A stretch of DNA of 64,000 nucleotides from an uncultured Verrucomicrobiae bacterium. Its GTDB lineage: Bacteria; Verrucomicrobiota; Verrucomicrobiia; Chthoniobacterales; UBA10450. Below the pieces are notes generated by a model. It was not told the origin of the DNA. It saw nothing but the letters and a program-made list of their open reading frames with translations, and made no database searches. Of this stretch, positions 18,499 to 29,594 are shown piece after piece; position 1 is the stretch's first letter; each line of letters begins with the position of its first letter. The position numbers were made by a program, and so were the translations under genes. The stretch covers positions 544,001 through 608,000 of the forward strand of contig CAVTMK010000002.1 of assembly GCA_963735805.1 (NCBI GenBank). The letters are read 5' to 3'.

Positions 18499-20280
18499 TT
18501 GAAGAATTTTTTCGCAGAACTGAAGCGGCGCAATGTTTACAAAGTCGCGGTCGCGTACATCGTCGCGAGCTGGGCCCTTTCGCAGGGAATCGCACAGGTG
18601 TTTCCGGTGTTCGATGTTCCGAACTGGGTGATCCGCGCGATTGTTCTTCTCATCATCCTTGGCTTTCCCATTGCCGTTGTCTTCGCCTGGTTCTTCGAGA
18701 TCACGCCAGAAGGAATCAAGCGCACCGAAGTTGCCGACGCCGCGCGCCAGCATTCACGCGGCAAGGCCTGGATCTACGTTGTCGTCATCGGCGCAATCGC
18801 ATCGATCGGCTTGTTTTTGCTCGGTCGATACAGCGCAGCAACGTATAACGCCGCTTCAACACGAGCCGTGCCCGCAGCCATCCCGGCCAAGTCAATCGCG
18901 GTATTACCGTTCGAAAATCTAAGCGACGATAAGAACACCGCTTACTTTAGTGACGGGATTACCGAGGAAATACTCAACGCGCTCGCACAGATTCCGAACT
19001 TGAAAGTGGCGGCGCGCCGATCGGCTTTCCAGTTCAAGGGCAACGATCTCGATCTGCGTAAAATCGGGCAGGTACTCGGAGTGGCACATATTCTGGAAGG
19101 GAGTTTGCAGAAGGCCGACGACCAGGTGCGCATCAACGTGCAGTTAGTCGATGTGCAAGATGGGTTGCAGACGTGGTCCGAGAAATACGATCGCAAACTC
19201 GACAACGTCTTTGCGGTTGAGGATGAAATTGCCAAAGCGATCGCGACCAAGTTGCGCGTCCAGCTCACCGGCGGCGGCGGTCAACCGCTCGTCGTTGACA
19301 GCACGAACAATCCGCAAGCGCATGAACTTTATCTGCGCGGACTGACTCTGCTGGCCGCTCGAGGTCCCGCATTGCGCGAAGCAAGCGACTTATTTCAACA
19401 GGCGGTAAAACTGGACGCGGGTTATGCGCAGGCATGGGGAGCGTTGGCCATTACCGAGCTTTTGCTCCCTTCTTATGGACTTGACTCGTTCGACGCTTCC
19501 CTGCCGCGAGGCGAGTCAGCCGCCCAACGCGCTCTTTCACTCGACCCTAACACGGCTTCGGCCCACGTCGCGGTCGGGCTCGCCAACAGCATTCGCTTCC
19601 GCTGGCCGGAAGCCGACCAGGCATTCCGCCGCGCCCTTGTACTTGCACCCGGTGACGCTGAAGCGGTCAATCAATATGCCCAATTCCTCTCCACCATTGG
19701 ACAGCTCGAGCCGAGTTTGCGCGAGATCGAGCGCGCGCAACAGCTCGATCCATTATCGCCTATTATCGGCGTGATTCATGCCGGCGCCCTCGCTGCCTTG
19801 AGGCGTGATGACGCAGCGGAAGCACAGATCAAAAAGATTCTCGCGGCGCATCCTGAGTTCAGGCCGGCGCAGGCCTGGGCCGCCGCTCAGCATATCGAAC
19901 GCAAAATGTACCCGGAAGCGGAAGCGGAGCTGCGTGCGTCAGGCAAGCTCAACGGTCAAAATGGAGAGGCCAAAGCGTTGCTCGTCCGCGGCATGGCCGA
20001 CCCGGCCCAGCGCGTCGCGGCCGTAAATAGCCTGGAGACTTCGCCGGACAATGCCGATATCCGGCAGGACGCGATTTGGTACGCATTTTATCTCGTATCA
20101 TTGGGAGAACGTGGCCGTGCCCTGGATCAGCTGGAAATCTATGCGGACAAACACAACAGCGGTTTCGCGGCATGGCTCTGGAATCGAGGTTTCGATCCAT
20201 TGCGTGACGAACCGCGTTTCAAGGCGGTTCTTGCCAAACTGGCTCTCCCCTACATCCCGACTGTCGCCACCGAGCCATGA
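18499..20280 (+). CDS. membrane-anchored TolB-N/TPR protein, array member A
   Basis: FFAELKRRNVYKVAVAY anchor with 3 TMs, SIAVLPFENLS..YFSDG..LEGS domain, TPRs, FDPLRDEPRF end; TTG 18499 chosen by alignment with paralogues. Confidence 0.88.
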   Translation: MKNFFAELKRRNVYKVAVAYIVASWALSQGIAQVFPVFDVPNWVIRAIVLLIILGFPIAVVFAWFFEITPEGIKRTEVADAARQHSRGKAWIYVVVIGAIASIGLFLLGRYSAATYNAASTRAVPAAIPAKSIAVLPFENLSDDKNTAYFSDGITEEILNALAQIPNLKVAARRSAFQFKGNDLDLRKIGQVLGVAHILEGSLQKADDQVRINVQLVDVQDGLQTWSEKYDRKLDNVFAVEDEIAKAIATKLRVQLTGGGGQPLVVDSTNNPQAHELYLRGLTLLAARGPALREASDLFQQAVKLDAGYAQAWGALAITELLLPSYGLDSFDASLPRGESAAQRALSLDPNTASAHVAVGLANSIRFRWPEADQAFRRALVLAPGDAEAVNQYAQFLSTIGQLEPSLREIERAQQLDPLSPIIGVIHAGALAALRRDDAAEAQIKKILAAHPEFRPAQAWAAAQHIERKMYPEAEAELRASGKLNGQNGEAKALLVRGMADPAQRVAAVNSLETSPDNADIRQDAIWYAFYLVSLGERGRALDQLEIYADKHNSGFAAWLWNRGFDPLRDEPRFKAVLAKLALPYIPTVATEP

Positions 20281-22067
20281 GCGACAAACCCTCATTCTTT
20301 TCGGAGCTCAAGCGTCGCAACGTTTACAAGGTAGCGGTCGCCTACGCTGTCGCTTCGTGGTTGCTGATTCAGATTGCGACGCAGGTCTTTCCCTTTTTCG
20401 AGATTCCGAACTGGGCTGTTCGGCTCGTCGTGTTACTCCTCATGCTCGGTTTTCCTGTCGCGCTGATTCTGTCGTGGGCGTTCGAGATCACGCCGGAAGG
20501 AATCAAGCGTGAATCGGAAGTGGCGCACGAGCAGTCAAAGACGCGCCACACCGGGCGAAGGGTTGTTGGCCTGACGATTATTGCCGGAATCATCGCAGCT
20601 GGTTTGCTCGTCTTCCAACTCTGGCACTCCAAATTAGGTCCCCACGCGAGTCCCTCCGTTGATGCATCATTCAGCACGGCCGCCAGAGGCATCGCCGTCT
20701 TGCCACTTGTCAACACCAGTGGTGATCCCGCGAACGAATATTTTTCCGACGGCTTGTCTGAAGAACTAATCGCAGTGCTCGCCAAGATTCCCGATCTCAA
20801 GGTGATCGGACGCAGTTCGTCGTTTCTCTTCAAAGGCAAATCGGACGACGCCAGGACGATCGGTGAAAAGCTCGGCGTGGCCAATCTCATCGAAGGCAGT
20901 GTTCGAAAACAGGGCGATCGCGTTCGGATCGTGGCCGAGCTAATCAATGCTACCGACGGGCGCTCACTCTGGTCGGAAACCTACGATCGCGAGTTGAAAG
21001 ACATTTTCGCCGTGCAAAACGAGATCGCCACTGCGGTAGCGGATCAGATGAAAGTGAAGTTGTTAGGCCGATCCACGCGACCTGACTTGGCTGGTTCGAG
21101 CGAAAATCCTGCGGCTCACAACGCAGTCCTGCAGTCAGACTTTTATTTTCAACAGCAGACGGCCGATAGCGTTCGAAAGTCGATCTCGTTCCTGCAAGAG
21201 GCGGTTCGCTTGGATCCGAACTACGCCCTTGCTTATGCCAAACTGAGCCAGGCCTGGCGTCAATACGCTGCCAGCTTTGCCATAGATGATGCGTCAAAAG
21301 CGTACGACGCGGCCCGCCAGGCCGCGGACAAGGCCGTTAATCTCGCGCCTGACTTGCCCGAAGTGCGAATGACAGTGGGCTTGCTGGCAATGAACCCCGG
21401 GCTCGATTTCGCCGGCGCCGAGAAAGAATTCCGCCGGGTCCTGCAATCGTCTCCGAACAACGCTACCGCTAAAAATGCACTTACCCTTTCCCTGTTGGCT
21501 CAGGATCGACTGACTGAAGCCGAGGAGACCTGCCGGGAGGCGCTTTCGTTAGACCCTCTCCTCACGACTTTGTGGTACAATCTTGGCCGAATCATGGCCG
21601 GAACAGGCCGTTATAAAGAAGCTGAGGAGGCGTGTCGCAAAGGACTTGAGCTTCAGCCAGGCGCTTCTCGCTTTCATACTTACCTTGCCACGCTCGATAT
21701 TTTGCAAAACCGCCCGGCACAGGCAATGGCGAATGCACAACTCGAGAACGAAGGTTTCTGGCGCGATTTTGCCATCGCCATGGTGCAACAAGCGCATGGC
21801 GACCGATCAGTGGCCGACGCTGCGCTCAAGGATTTCATCGCCAGGGATTCGAAAGGTGGCGAATTTCAGGTCGCTGTCCTCTACGCCATCCGCAAGGAGC
21901 CTGACGAGATGTTCAAGTGGCTCGACACTGCTTATGCGACGCGCGATTCCGGCATGGTTCAGCTCGTCATCACACCTTTCTTCATCCCGTATCACGACGA
22001 CCCGCGTTTCATCGCCTTGTGCCAGAAGCTCAATGTGCAGTTGCCTGCAGGTTCCCCAAAGCCATGA
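20277..22067 (+). CDS. membrane-anchored TolB-N/TPR protein, member B
   Basis: Same architecture; ATGA overlap with A. Confidence 0.9.
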   Translation: MSDKPSFFSELKRRNVYKVAVAYAVASWLLIQIATQVFPFFEIPNWAVRLVVLLLMLGFPVALILSWAFEITPEGIKRESEVAHEQSKTRHTGRRVVGLTIIAGIIAAGLLVFQLWHSKLGPHASPSVDASFSTAARGIAVLPLVNTSGDPANEYFSDGLSEELIAVLAKIPDLKVIGRSSSFLFKGKSDDARTIGEKLGVANLIEGSVRKQGDRVRIVAELINATDGRSLWSETYDRELKDIFAVQNEIATAVADQMKVKLLGRSTRPDLAGSSENPAAHNAVLQSDFYFQQQTADSVRKSISFLQEAVRLDPNYALAYAKLSQAWRQYAASFAIDDASKAYDAARQAADKAVNLAPDLPEVRMTVGLLAMNPGLDFAGAEKEFRRVLQSSPNNATAKNALTLSLLAQDRLTEAEETCREALSLDPLLTTLWYNLGRIMAGTGRYKEAEEACRKGLELQPGASRFHTYLATLDILQNRPAQAMANAQLENEGFWRDFAIAMVQQAHGDRSVADAALKDFIARDSKGGEFQVAVLYAIRKEPDEMFKWLDTAYATRDSGMVQLVITPFFIPYHDDPRFIALCQKLNVQLPAGSPKP

Positions 22068-24148
22068 GCGAGAAGCCTTCGTTTTTTTCCGAGTTGAAGC
22101 GGCGCAATGTGTACAAGGTTGGCGTCGCATACGCGGTAGTCGGCTGGTTGATCGCCCAAATCGCCACACAGATATTTCCGTTCCTGGAGATCCCGAACTG
22201 GGCGATTCGGCTCGTGATTCTGCTGATCGTCGTTGGTTTTCCGATTGCATTGATTGTCGCTTGGGCATTCGAGCTGACGCCCGAAGGAATCAAGCGGACA
22301 GAAGATGCCGACCTTGCCGCGTCAACCCGGCAACCGCGAAAGCATGCGTGGATTGTTGTCGTGATCGTTGGTGCGGCGCTCTCGGTCGGTCTGTTTTTCT
22401 TCGGCCGTTACTCGGTACAAACGCCTCGACAGAATGCCAGTGCGGCTCGCACCGAGGCGGCTACAGTCTCGACGATTCCGCAAAAATCGGTTGCGGTCTT
22501 ACCGTTTGAAAATCTGAGCGACGACAAGAACGCCGCTTATTTCGCCGACGGCATTCAGGATGAAATCCTGACCAAGCTTGCGAGCATCGCCGATCTCAAA
22601 GTGATCTCGCGCACTTCCACCGCGAAGTACAAGAGTAAGCCGGAAGATCTAAAGACAGTTTCGCAACAGCTCGGCGTCGCGACCGTTCTCGAAGGCAGTG
22701 TGCAGAAAGCTAACGACAAAGTGCGGGTTAATGTGCAGTTGATCGATGCCCGCGCCGATTCGCATCTCTGGGCAAAAACGTACGACCGCGATCTTGCAGA
22801 TGTCTTCGCGATACAGAGCGAGGTCGCCCAGGAGATCGCCGATTCGCTACAAGCGAAACTTTCTCCGACCGAAACCAGCAGAATGGCTAGCGCGCCGACG
22901 AATGACACGCAGGCTTATGATCTTTTCCTCAAAGGCGAGTTCGAGCAACGCATCGCGAACAGTAATTTCCGACCGGAATCATTCGACCAGGCAGCACGTT
23001 GGTACAAGGAAGCAATAGCGCGCGACCCAAATTTTGCCCTGGCCATCGCGCAACTGGCTATCTGCCAGCTGAGGCGTCATTGGCTGACCGACCCGTTGAC
23101 CGACGCGGAAGTGATGGAGGCGGGAAGATTGGCAAAGCAGGCACTGACACTTGCGCCCGATCTCGCCGAAGCACATGTCGCGTTGGGTCTATTTTACTAT
23201 TACGGCTTCCGCGAGTACGAACCGGCGTTAACTGAGTTTCGGCGCGCGATCGAGCTTCAGCCTAACAACGCGCTGGCGCTCTCGTTTGTCGCCTTTGTCC
23301 ACCGGCGACAGGGAAAATGGAATCTCACTTTGGACGAGCTGAAAAGATCGATCGACCTAAATCCGCGCGATGCGTACACCATTGGCGGCCTCGCAGAGAC
23401 CGATGTCTTTCTGCGCAGGTGGAAGGAAGCCGAAGAGACTGCCAGGCAAGCGCTCACAATCGACCCACACGAGGCCACTAGTATGCGTATGTTGCTGCTG
23501 AGTTCTCTGAACCGCACCGGGAACGCACAGGAACCGTTGCGGCTACTCGCGACATTTCCGCCGGACGACCTGCTGCTTCCTAATACTGGCATGTTTGATA
23601 TGGTGATTGGGACTCGCGGCCAAACTTTTGTCCTTGGCCGGGATTTTAACGCGGCATTAAAAGCTTGTGAAACCGGGACGGTCGCGACGACCAACGAATG
23701 GCAACGGTTCGCGGCCAAAGCCGGGATTCGTGTTCTGGCCGGCGATGTTACCGGCGCCCACGCGGATGCCGAGAAAGCTCGCGAACTATTGGAGACGAGA
23801 CTGCGCGAGCAGCCGCAGGACTTTCGTGCGCTCAGAGCATTAAGTTGGGTTTATCTCGCGCTGGATCGGAAGACCGATGCCATCAAGGTCGCCCAACATA
23901 CACTCGATCTTCTGCCACCCGAGAAAGACGCGGTACTTGGTTCCGGAAATCTCGCTGCCTTGGCCGAGATTCAGGCGCAGACCGGTGCGACCACGGAGGC
24001 AGTGCAGAATCTGAAAAAACTTCTCTCGATCCCGGCGGGCGAGACCATTTCCATCGCGCGCCTGAAAATCGATCCAGTGTGGGACCCGATCCGCAACGAT
24101 CCCGGCTTTCAACAACTGCTGACGATCAAGGAGTACGTCGGGCCGTGA
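22064..24148 (+). CDS. membrane-anchored TolB-N/TPR protein, member C
   Basis: MSEKPSFFSELKRR start at the ATGA overlap (ORF-track start 21917 is too long). Confidence 0.9.
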   Translation: MSEKPSFFSELKRRNVYKVGVAYAVVGWLIAQIATQIFPFLEIPNWAIRLVILLIVVGFPIALIVAWAFELTPEGIKRTEDADLAASTRQPRKHAWIVVVIVGAALSVGLFFFGRYSVQTPRQNASAARTEAATVSTIPQKSVAVLPFENLSDDKNAAYFADGIQDEILTKLASIADLKVISRTSTAKYKSKPEDLKTVSQQLGVATVLEGSVQKANDKVRVNVQLIDARADSHLWAKTYDRDLADVFAIQSEVAQEIADSLQAKLSPTETSRMASAPTNDTQAYDLFLKGEFEQRIANSNFRPESFDQAARWYKEAIARDPNFALAIAQLAICQLRRHWLTDPLTDAEVMEAGRLAKQALTLAPDLAEAHVALGLFYYYGFREYEPALTEFRRAIELQPNNALALSFVAFVHRRQGKWNLTLDELKRSIDLNPRDAYTIGGLAETDVFLRRWKEAEETARQALTIDPHEATSMRMLLLSSLNRTGNAQEPLRLLATFPPDDLLLPNTGMFDMVIGTRGQTFVLGRDFNAALKACETGTVATTNEWQRFAAKAGIRVLAGDVTGAHADAEKARELLETRLREQPQDFRALRALSWVYLALDRKTDAIKVAQHTLDLLPPEKDAVLGSGNLAALAEIQAQTGATTEAVQNLKKLLSIPAGETISIARLKIDPVWDPIRNDPGFQQLLTIKEYVGP

Positions 24149-24176
24149 AAAACTGTATGAGAAAAGGCTCGCCGCG

Positions 24177-25952
24177 ATGAATGAATTCTTTCAACGGTTG
24201 AAGCAGCGCAAGCTGGTGCAATGGGCTATTGCTTATGTCGCGGCGGCGTTCGCCTTGTTACAAGGGATCGATATTGTCGCGCAACAATTCGGCTGGCCGG
24301 AAAGTGTGCGGCGCGGGATTACTTTGGCGTTGGTTGTCGGCTTCTTTGTTACTCTCGTTGTAGCCTGGTATCACGGAGAACGTGGTGCGCAGCGCGTTAG
24401 CGGCGCGGAGCTGCTTATCATAGGCCTGGTCCTGGCTCTGGGCGGCGGATTGCTTTGGCGTTTTACTGCCGTCTCACGCTTGCCGGAAACGAAGGCCGCG
24501 GCGTCGGAGCCTAACGACCATAAGACTTTGGCCAACTCGGTCGCGGTGCTCGCATTCGACAACCTGAGCGATGATAAGGGGAGCGAGTATTTTTCCGACG
24601 GAATCAGCGAGGAGTTGCTGACTGTGCTGCAAAAAATTCCCGGTCTGCACGTCGCCGCGCGGACATCGGCGTTTTCATTCAAAGGTAAGAACGCGACCGC
24701 GCAGGAGATCGGGCAGAAACTCGGGGTAGCGCATCTGGTTGAGGGAAGTGTGCGCAAGGCTGGCGATATGGTGCGCATCGCAGCCCGACTGACTCAGGCT
24801 AACACAGGCGAAGAGCAATGGTCGGAAAATTACACACGTAATTTGAAGGATGTGTTCGCCGTTCAAACCGAGATCGCCCAAACCATCGTCGAACAGTTGC
24901 ACGGTCAGCTGACGGGTGGCGCGGCCAATCCGACAACTAAAGCGCGGATTGAGGCCGAAGTGCGCGCGGCGGAGAAAGGCGGTACGAAAAACGTCGAGGC
25001 GCATGAAGCTTATTTGCAGGGCCGCTTTTTTGCGAATCGCCACTCGGAAAAAGAGACGGATCAAGCCCGGGTCGCTTATGAGCACGCGGTGGAGTTGGAT
25101 CCCAAATTCGCGCTCGCGTGGGCGGGCCTGGCCCAGACTCACGTCTGGGATTGTAATTACGCCACCGAGGGGGGCCAGAAAGGGTTCAACGCTCATCTGG
25201 CTGCCGCGCGCGAGGCGTTGGATCGAGCCCTCGCCCTCGAACCAGACTTACCGGAAGCGTTGTTCGCGCGCGCAATGATCCAAACAAATTTTGATTATGA
25301 TTGGAAAGGTGCGGCCGAAACGTTGCGGAAGGCTCTCGCTCTCGCTCCACAAGATTCGGCATTGCTGATGGAGGCGGGAAATCTTGCGAACGCTCGCGGC
25401 GAAAAGACACAGGCTGTCGAATTTAGCCAGCGAGCGGTCGCGCTGGATCCGGTGAATGCCCAGGCCCGGGCGTTTCTCGCGGGCAATCTGTCAGTCTCGG
25501 GTAAGCAGTCGGAAGCGAGGACGGAATACTCGCGCGTGACTGAGTTGAATCCATCGGCGCCGTTTGGCCCCGCCGGTGTAGGCTTGTCTTATCTTTTGGA
25601 AGGTAAATTTGAAGAAGCGGCGGTGGCTGCGCAAAAGGATGCGGCCGATTGGGCACGGCTACTCATCGTGAGCTGTGCGCGCTGGGCGCAAAAGCGAATT
25701 CCCGAATCTGACGCTGCGCTTGCGGAGTTGATCGCAAACACCAGCGAAACCGGCGCGTATCAGATTGCCGAGGCCTACGGGTATCGAAATGACAAGGATC
25801 ACGCGTTCGAATGGTTGGAGCGCGCACGTCGGCAGCGCGACGCCGGTCTGCCCGGTTTGCGCACAGATACGCTGCTCCCGAATCTTCACGGCGATCCGCG
25901 CTGGGACGTATTTTTGCGCACAATGGGCCTGGCCGACGACCAATTGAAGTGA
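24177..25952 (+). CDS. membrane-anchored TolB-N/TPR protein, member D (divergent anchor FFQRLKQRKLVQW)
   Basis: SVAVLAFDNLS..YFSDGISEE..VEGSV, TPRs, LHGDPRW end. Confidence 0.9.
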   Translation: MNEFFQRLKQRKLVQWAIAYVAAAFALLQGIDIVAQQFGWPESVRRGITLALVVGFFVTLVVAWYHGERGAQRVSGAELLIIGLVLALGGGLLWRFTAVSRLPETKAAASEPNDHKTLANSVAVLAFDNLSDDKGSEYFSDGISEELLTVLQKIPGLHVAARTSAFSFKGKNATAQEIGQKLGVAHLVEGSVRKAGDMVRIAARLTQANTGEEQWSENYTRNLKDVFAVQTEIAQTIVEQLHGQLTGGAANPTTKARIEAEVRAAEKGGTKNVEAHEAYLQGRFFANRHSEKETDQARVAYEHAVELDPKFALAWAGLAQTHVWDCNYATEGGQKGFNAHLAAAREALDRALALEPDLPEALFARAMIQTNFDYDWKGAAETLRKALALAPQDSALLMEAGNLANARGEKTQAVEFSQRAVALDPVNAQARAFLAGNLSVSGKQSEARTEYSRVTELNPSAPFGPAGVGLSYLLEGKFEEAAVAAQKDAADWARLLIVSCARWAQKRIPESDAALAELIANTSETGAYQIAEAYGYRNDKDHAFEWLERARRQRDAGLPGLRTDTLLPNLHGDPRWDVFLRTMGLADDQLK

Positions 25953-27739
25953 GCGAACAAAATTTCTTCGCCGAACTGAAGCGGCGCAATGTTTACAAAG
26001 TCGCAGTCGCTTATGCGGTGGTCGCGTGGTTGTTGATCCAAGCGGCGTCGATTTTCCTCCCGGCTTTCGACGCGCCGGCATGGGTGATGAAGGTCTTTAT
26101 CATTATCATCATCTTCGGTTTTCCGGTGGCGCTGATTTTTTCGTGGGCGTTCGAGATTACGCCGGAAGGAATCAAACTCGAATCCGAGATCGAGGCGAAC
26201 AAATCGATCAAGCGACGCACTGGGCGAAAGATTGTTGCTATGACGATCGCGCTGGCTGTCCTCGCGGCTGGTCTATTTGTGTATCAACTTGTGCGGTCGA
26301 AACCAACAATCACGCCTACTGCCAGTGCGGCTCGCACCGAGGCGGCTACAGCACCGCCTAACAAATCGATCGCGGTGCTGCCGTTTGTGAACATGAGCGC
26401 GGACAAGAACGACGAGTATTTGAGTGACGGGATGACCGAGGAATTGATCAATGTGCTGGCGAAAGTGCCGGGATTGCGCGTGCCGGGACGAACATCCTGT
26501 TTTGCGTTCAAGGGCAAAAACGAAGAGGACATCTTTCGTAAAGTCGGCGATCAGCTGCACGTGGGCACGGTATTGGAAGGAAGCGTTCGCAAAGCCGGCG
26601 ACAACCTGCGCGTGACCGCTCAGCTCATCAATGTCAACGACGGTTATCATCTCTGGTCAAAGGCCTACGACGGCGACGTAAAGGACATTCTCAACTTTCA
26701 GAGCAACGTGGCCGAACAAGTCGTGCAGGCGTTGCAAGTGAAATTAGGGGGCGGAGAGAAACGGGCGCTAGCGAAGAAGCCGACGGAAAATCCTGAAGCT
26801 CACCGGCTCTATCTCCTGGGGCGCTACGAGTTCGCTAAGTACACGCAGACCGGCTGGAATAATGCGATCCACTATTACGAGCAGGCGCTGCGACTGGATC
26901 CGAACTACGCGCTAGCCTACTGCGGACTGGCCGATAACTACGCTTACATGGGAAGCGTGGTGATGCCGGAGAAGGAGGCCATAGCAAAGGAAAAGGAATT
27001 TGCACAGAAAGCACTCGAGCTCGACCCGGAACTGGCGGAAGCGCACATGTCCGTCGCTCTAGCACTCGTCGCTGCGTTTGACTGGCGAAACGGTCTGAAA
27101 GAATTCGATCGCGCGCTCGAACTGAATCCAAATCTGGCATTCGCTTATGAGTTACAAGCCTGGACTGTGAACGGACTTGGTCGATTCGACGAGGCGATCT
27201 CGAAGACCAAAAAAGCGATCGAACTCGATCCGCTGAATCCGTTCTTTCAAATGAGTTTGAGCTTCTACCAGTATTGGGCCCGTCAATACGACGACGCCAT
27301 CGCACAAGCCAGAAAGACGCTGGAAATGGATCCGAATTCAGCGATCAGTCATGTTCTGGTAGGCCTCTCTTTCCTTAAAAAAGGCGAGACGACCGGTGCA
27401 ATCGCGGAATTGCAAAAATCCAAAGCGCCGGATCCCGGTGCGTGGTATCAAGGATTCCTCGGCTACGCTTATGCCATCTCCGGAGATCGACCTAAAGCCG
27501 AGCAGGCCCTGCGCGAACTCGAAGAACTGGCGAAACGGCAATACGTCAGTCCAACGGCGTTCGCGACTATCTATCTCGGACTCGGCGAAAAGGAAAGATG
27601 TTTGGATTGGCTTGAAAAAGCTTATGAGCAGCGGGACAGCGCCTGCTGGTATCTAAAGATTGACCAGATTTACGATGGCGTGCGCAACGAGCCTCGCTTC
27701 CAGGCGCTGGTGCAGAAAGTCTTTGGCGCAAAACAGTGA
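25949..27739 (+). CDS. membrane-anchored TolB-N/TPR protein, member E
   Basis: GTG start at the GTGA overlap, giving (M)SEQNFFAELKRR. Confidence 0.9.
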   Translation: MSEQNFFAELKRRNVYKVAVAYAVVAWLLIQAASIFLPAFDAPAWVMKVFIIIIIFGFPVALIFSWAFEITPEGIKLESEIEANKSIKRRTGRKIVAMTIALAVLAAGLFVYQLVRSKPTITPTASAARTEAATAPPNKSIAVLPFVNMSADKNDEYLSDGMTEELINVLAKVPGLRVPGRTSCFAFKGKNEEDIFRKVGDQLHVGTVLEGSVRKAGDNLRVTAQLINVNDGYHLWSKAYDGDVKDILNFQSNVAEQVVQALQVKLGGGEKRALAKKPTENPEAHRLYLLGRYEFAKYTQTGWNNAIHYYEQALRLDPNYALAYCGLADNYAYMGSVVMPEKEAIAKEKEFAQKALELDPELAEAHMSVALALVAAFDWRNGLKEFDRALELNPNLAFAYELQAWTVNGLGRFDEAISKTKKAIELDPLNPFFQMSLSFYQYWARQYDDAIAQARKTLEMDPNSAISHVLVGLSFLKKGETTGAIAELQKSKAPDPGAWYQGFLGYAYAISGDRPKAEQALRELEELAKRQYVSPTAFATIYLGLGEKERCLDWLEKAYEQRDSACWYLKIDQIYDGVRNEPRFQALVQKVFGAKQ

Positions 27740-29538
27740 ACGTCGAAAATTTTCTCGCCGAGCTAAAGCGGCGCAATGTTTACAAGGTTGCGGTCGCGTA
27801 CGCGGTAGTGGCATGGTTGTTGATCCAAGCCGCGTCGATTTTCCTCCCGGCATTCGACGCGCCGCCGTTGGTGATGAAGATATTTATTATCGTCATCATC
27901 TTCGGTTTTCCGGTGGCGCTGATTTTTTCCTGGGCGTTTGAGATTACGCCGGAAGGAATCAAACTCGAATCCGAGATCGAGCCGAACAAATCAATCAAGC
28001 GAGGCACCGGGCGAAAGATTGTTGCCGTGACGATCGCGCTGGCAATCGTCGCGGCTGGTCTGTTCGTGTATCAACGAGTAGGGCGCGACCGCTGGTCGCG
28101 CCGCTCTTATGATCAAACCACCGAAAACCGACGGCCCGGCAGTCCGTCCCTACCGATACCTGACAAATCGATTGCCGTGCTGCCATTCGACAATCTCAGT
28201 CGCGATCCCGACAACGCTTACTTTTGTGAAGGTGTGCAGGATGAAATCCTCACGCGATTGGCCAAGGTCGCCGATTTGAAAGTGATCTCGCGCACGTCGA
28301 CGCAACACTTCAAGAGCGCGCCGGAAAACCTTCCTGAGATCGCAAAGCAACTTGGCGTGGCCCACATTCTGGAAGGCAGTGTGCAAAAAGCAGGCGAGCA
28401 GGTGCGCGTGAACGTCCAGCTCATCAACGCCATGACCGACGCGCATCTTTGGGCTGACACCTACGATCGAAAGCTGACTGACATTTTCGCAGTCGAGACA
28501 GACATCGCGAAAACGGTTGCCGATACCTTGCAGGCAAAACTCAGCGGCTCAGAAAAAAGTTCGATGGCGAAAACTCCGACGGTGAATCCGGAAGCTTACG
28601 AGCTTTATCTCAAAGGCAGATTCTTTTGGAACAAGCGGACCGGCGACGACCTGCGCAAATCGATCGAGTATCTCAAGCAAGCGATCGCCAAAGACCCCGG
28701 ATACGCGCTGGCGTATGCTGCTCTAGCAGATTCATATGGCCTGCTGCGTTTTTACGGCGGAGCTTCTCCAGCCGACTCGGTGGTGCCGGCGGAAGTTGCG
28801 GCGAAGAAAGCGCTGGAACTGGACGATTCGTTAGCTGAGGCACATGCTTCGCTTGGTCTCATTGCCACCGAGGAGCTCGAGGTGAACCGCGGAGTGAAAG
28901 AACTCGAGCGCGCGATTCAGTTAAACCCGAATTACGCGACCGCCCATCACTGGCTCGGCCTTGCGTTCGCGACGTTGCGGCAATCGGATCGATCTATTGC
29001 AGAACTAAAACGGGCGCTCGAGCTCGATCCGCTTTCCATGATCATCAATGCCGACCTGAGCATCATCTATCTTTACGCCGGTCGTTACGACGCCGCCGAA
29101 GCGCAGGCGCGAAAGACCTTGGAAATCGATCCGCGATCATTTGTCGCGCACTATTATCTCGGCGCAGCGCTGCAACTAACGAGGCGACTCAAAGAGGCGA
29201 TCCCGGAATTTCGAAAAGCAGTCGAGCTAAACAACGATCCTTATTCCATCGCCATGCTCGCCCAGGCCTATGCCCGAAATGGACAAATGGATGAGGCGCG
29301 AAAACTTCTCGCGCACCTGAATGAAATGGCGAAGTCCGCTGAGGTTCCTGAGTACGCCCTCGCCATCGTTTATACCTCGTTGGGAGAAAAAGAACGCGCC
29401 ATTGAAGCGCTCGAGCGCGGTTTTGCGGGAGGCAACAAAAGCTACTTATTCCTGCTCCCGGGAGATCCATTTCTCGACGATCTTCGCAGCGATCCGCGCT
29501 TCCAAGCGCTCGTGCAAAGAATCGTTAGCGGGAAATAA
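27736..29538 (+). CDS. membrane-anchored TolB-N/TPR protein, member F
   Basis: Same architecture; GTGA overlap with E. Confidence 0.9.
   Translation: MNVENFLAELKRRNVYKVAVAYAVVAWLLIQAASIFLPAFDAPPLVMKIFIIVIIFGFPVALIFSWAFEITPEGIKLESEIEPNKSIKRGTGRKIVAVTIALAIVAAGLFVYQRVGRDRWSRRSYDQTTENRRPGSPSLPIPDKSIAVLPFDNLSRDPDNAYFCEGVQDEILTRLAKVADLKVISRTSTQHFKSAPENLPEIAKQLGVAHILEGSVQKAGEQVRVNVQLINAMTDAHLWADTYDRKLTDIFAVETDIAKTVADTLQAKLSGSEKSSMAKTPTVNPEAYELYLKGRFFWNKRTGDDLRKSIEYLKQAIAKDPGYALAYAALADSYGLLRFYGGASPADSVVPAEVAAKKALELDDSLAEAHASLGLIATEELEVNRGVKELERAIQLNPNYATAHHWLGLAFATLRQSDRSIAELKRALELDPLSMIINADLSIIYLYAGRYDAAEAQARKTLEIDPRSFVAHYYLGAALQLTRRLKEAIPEFRKAVELNNDPYSIAMLAQAYARNGQMDEARKLLAHLNEMAKSAEVPEYALAIVYTSLGEKERAIEALERGFAGGNKSYLFLLPGDPFLDDLRSDPRFQALVQRIVSGK
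28078..28153. repeat. GTAG-type REPIN-like element in the linker of member F
   Basis: GTAGGGCGCGACCGCTGGTCGCGCC...GGCCCGGCAGTCCGTCCCTAC; read in frame as VGRDRWSRR...RRPGSPSLP. Confidence 0.72.
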
Positions 29539-29594
29539 TGAAGATCGATTATTTCCTTTCGAAGCAGGAAGTGAATTAGGGGATAACGGCCACC

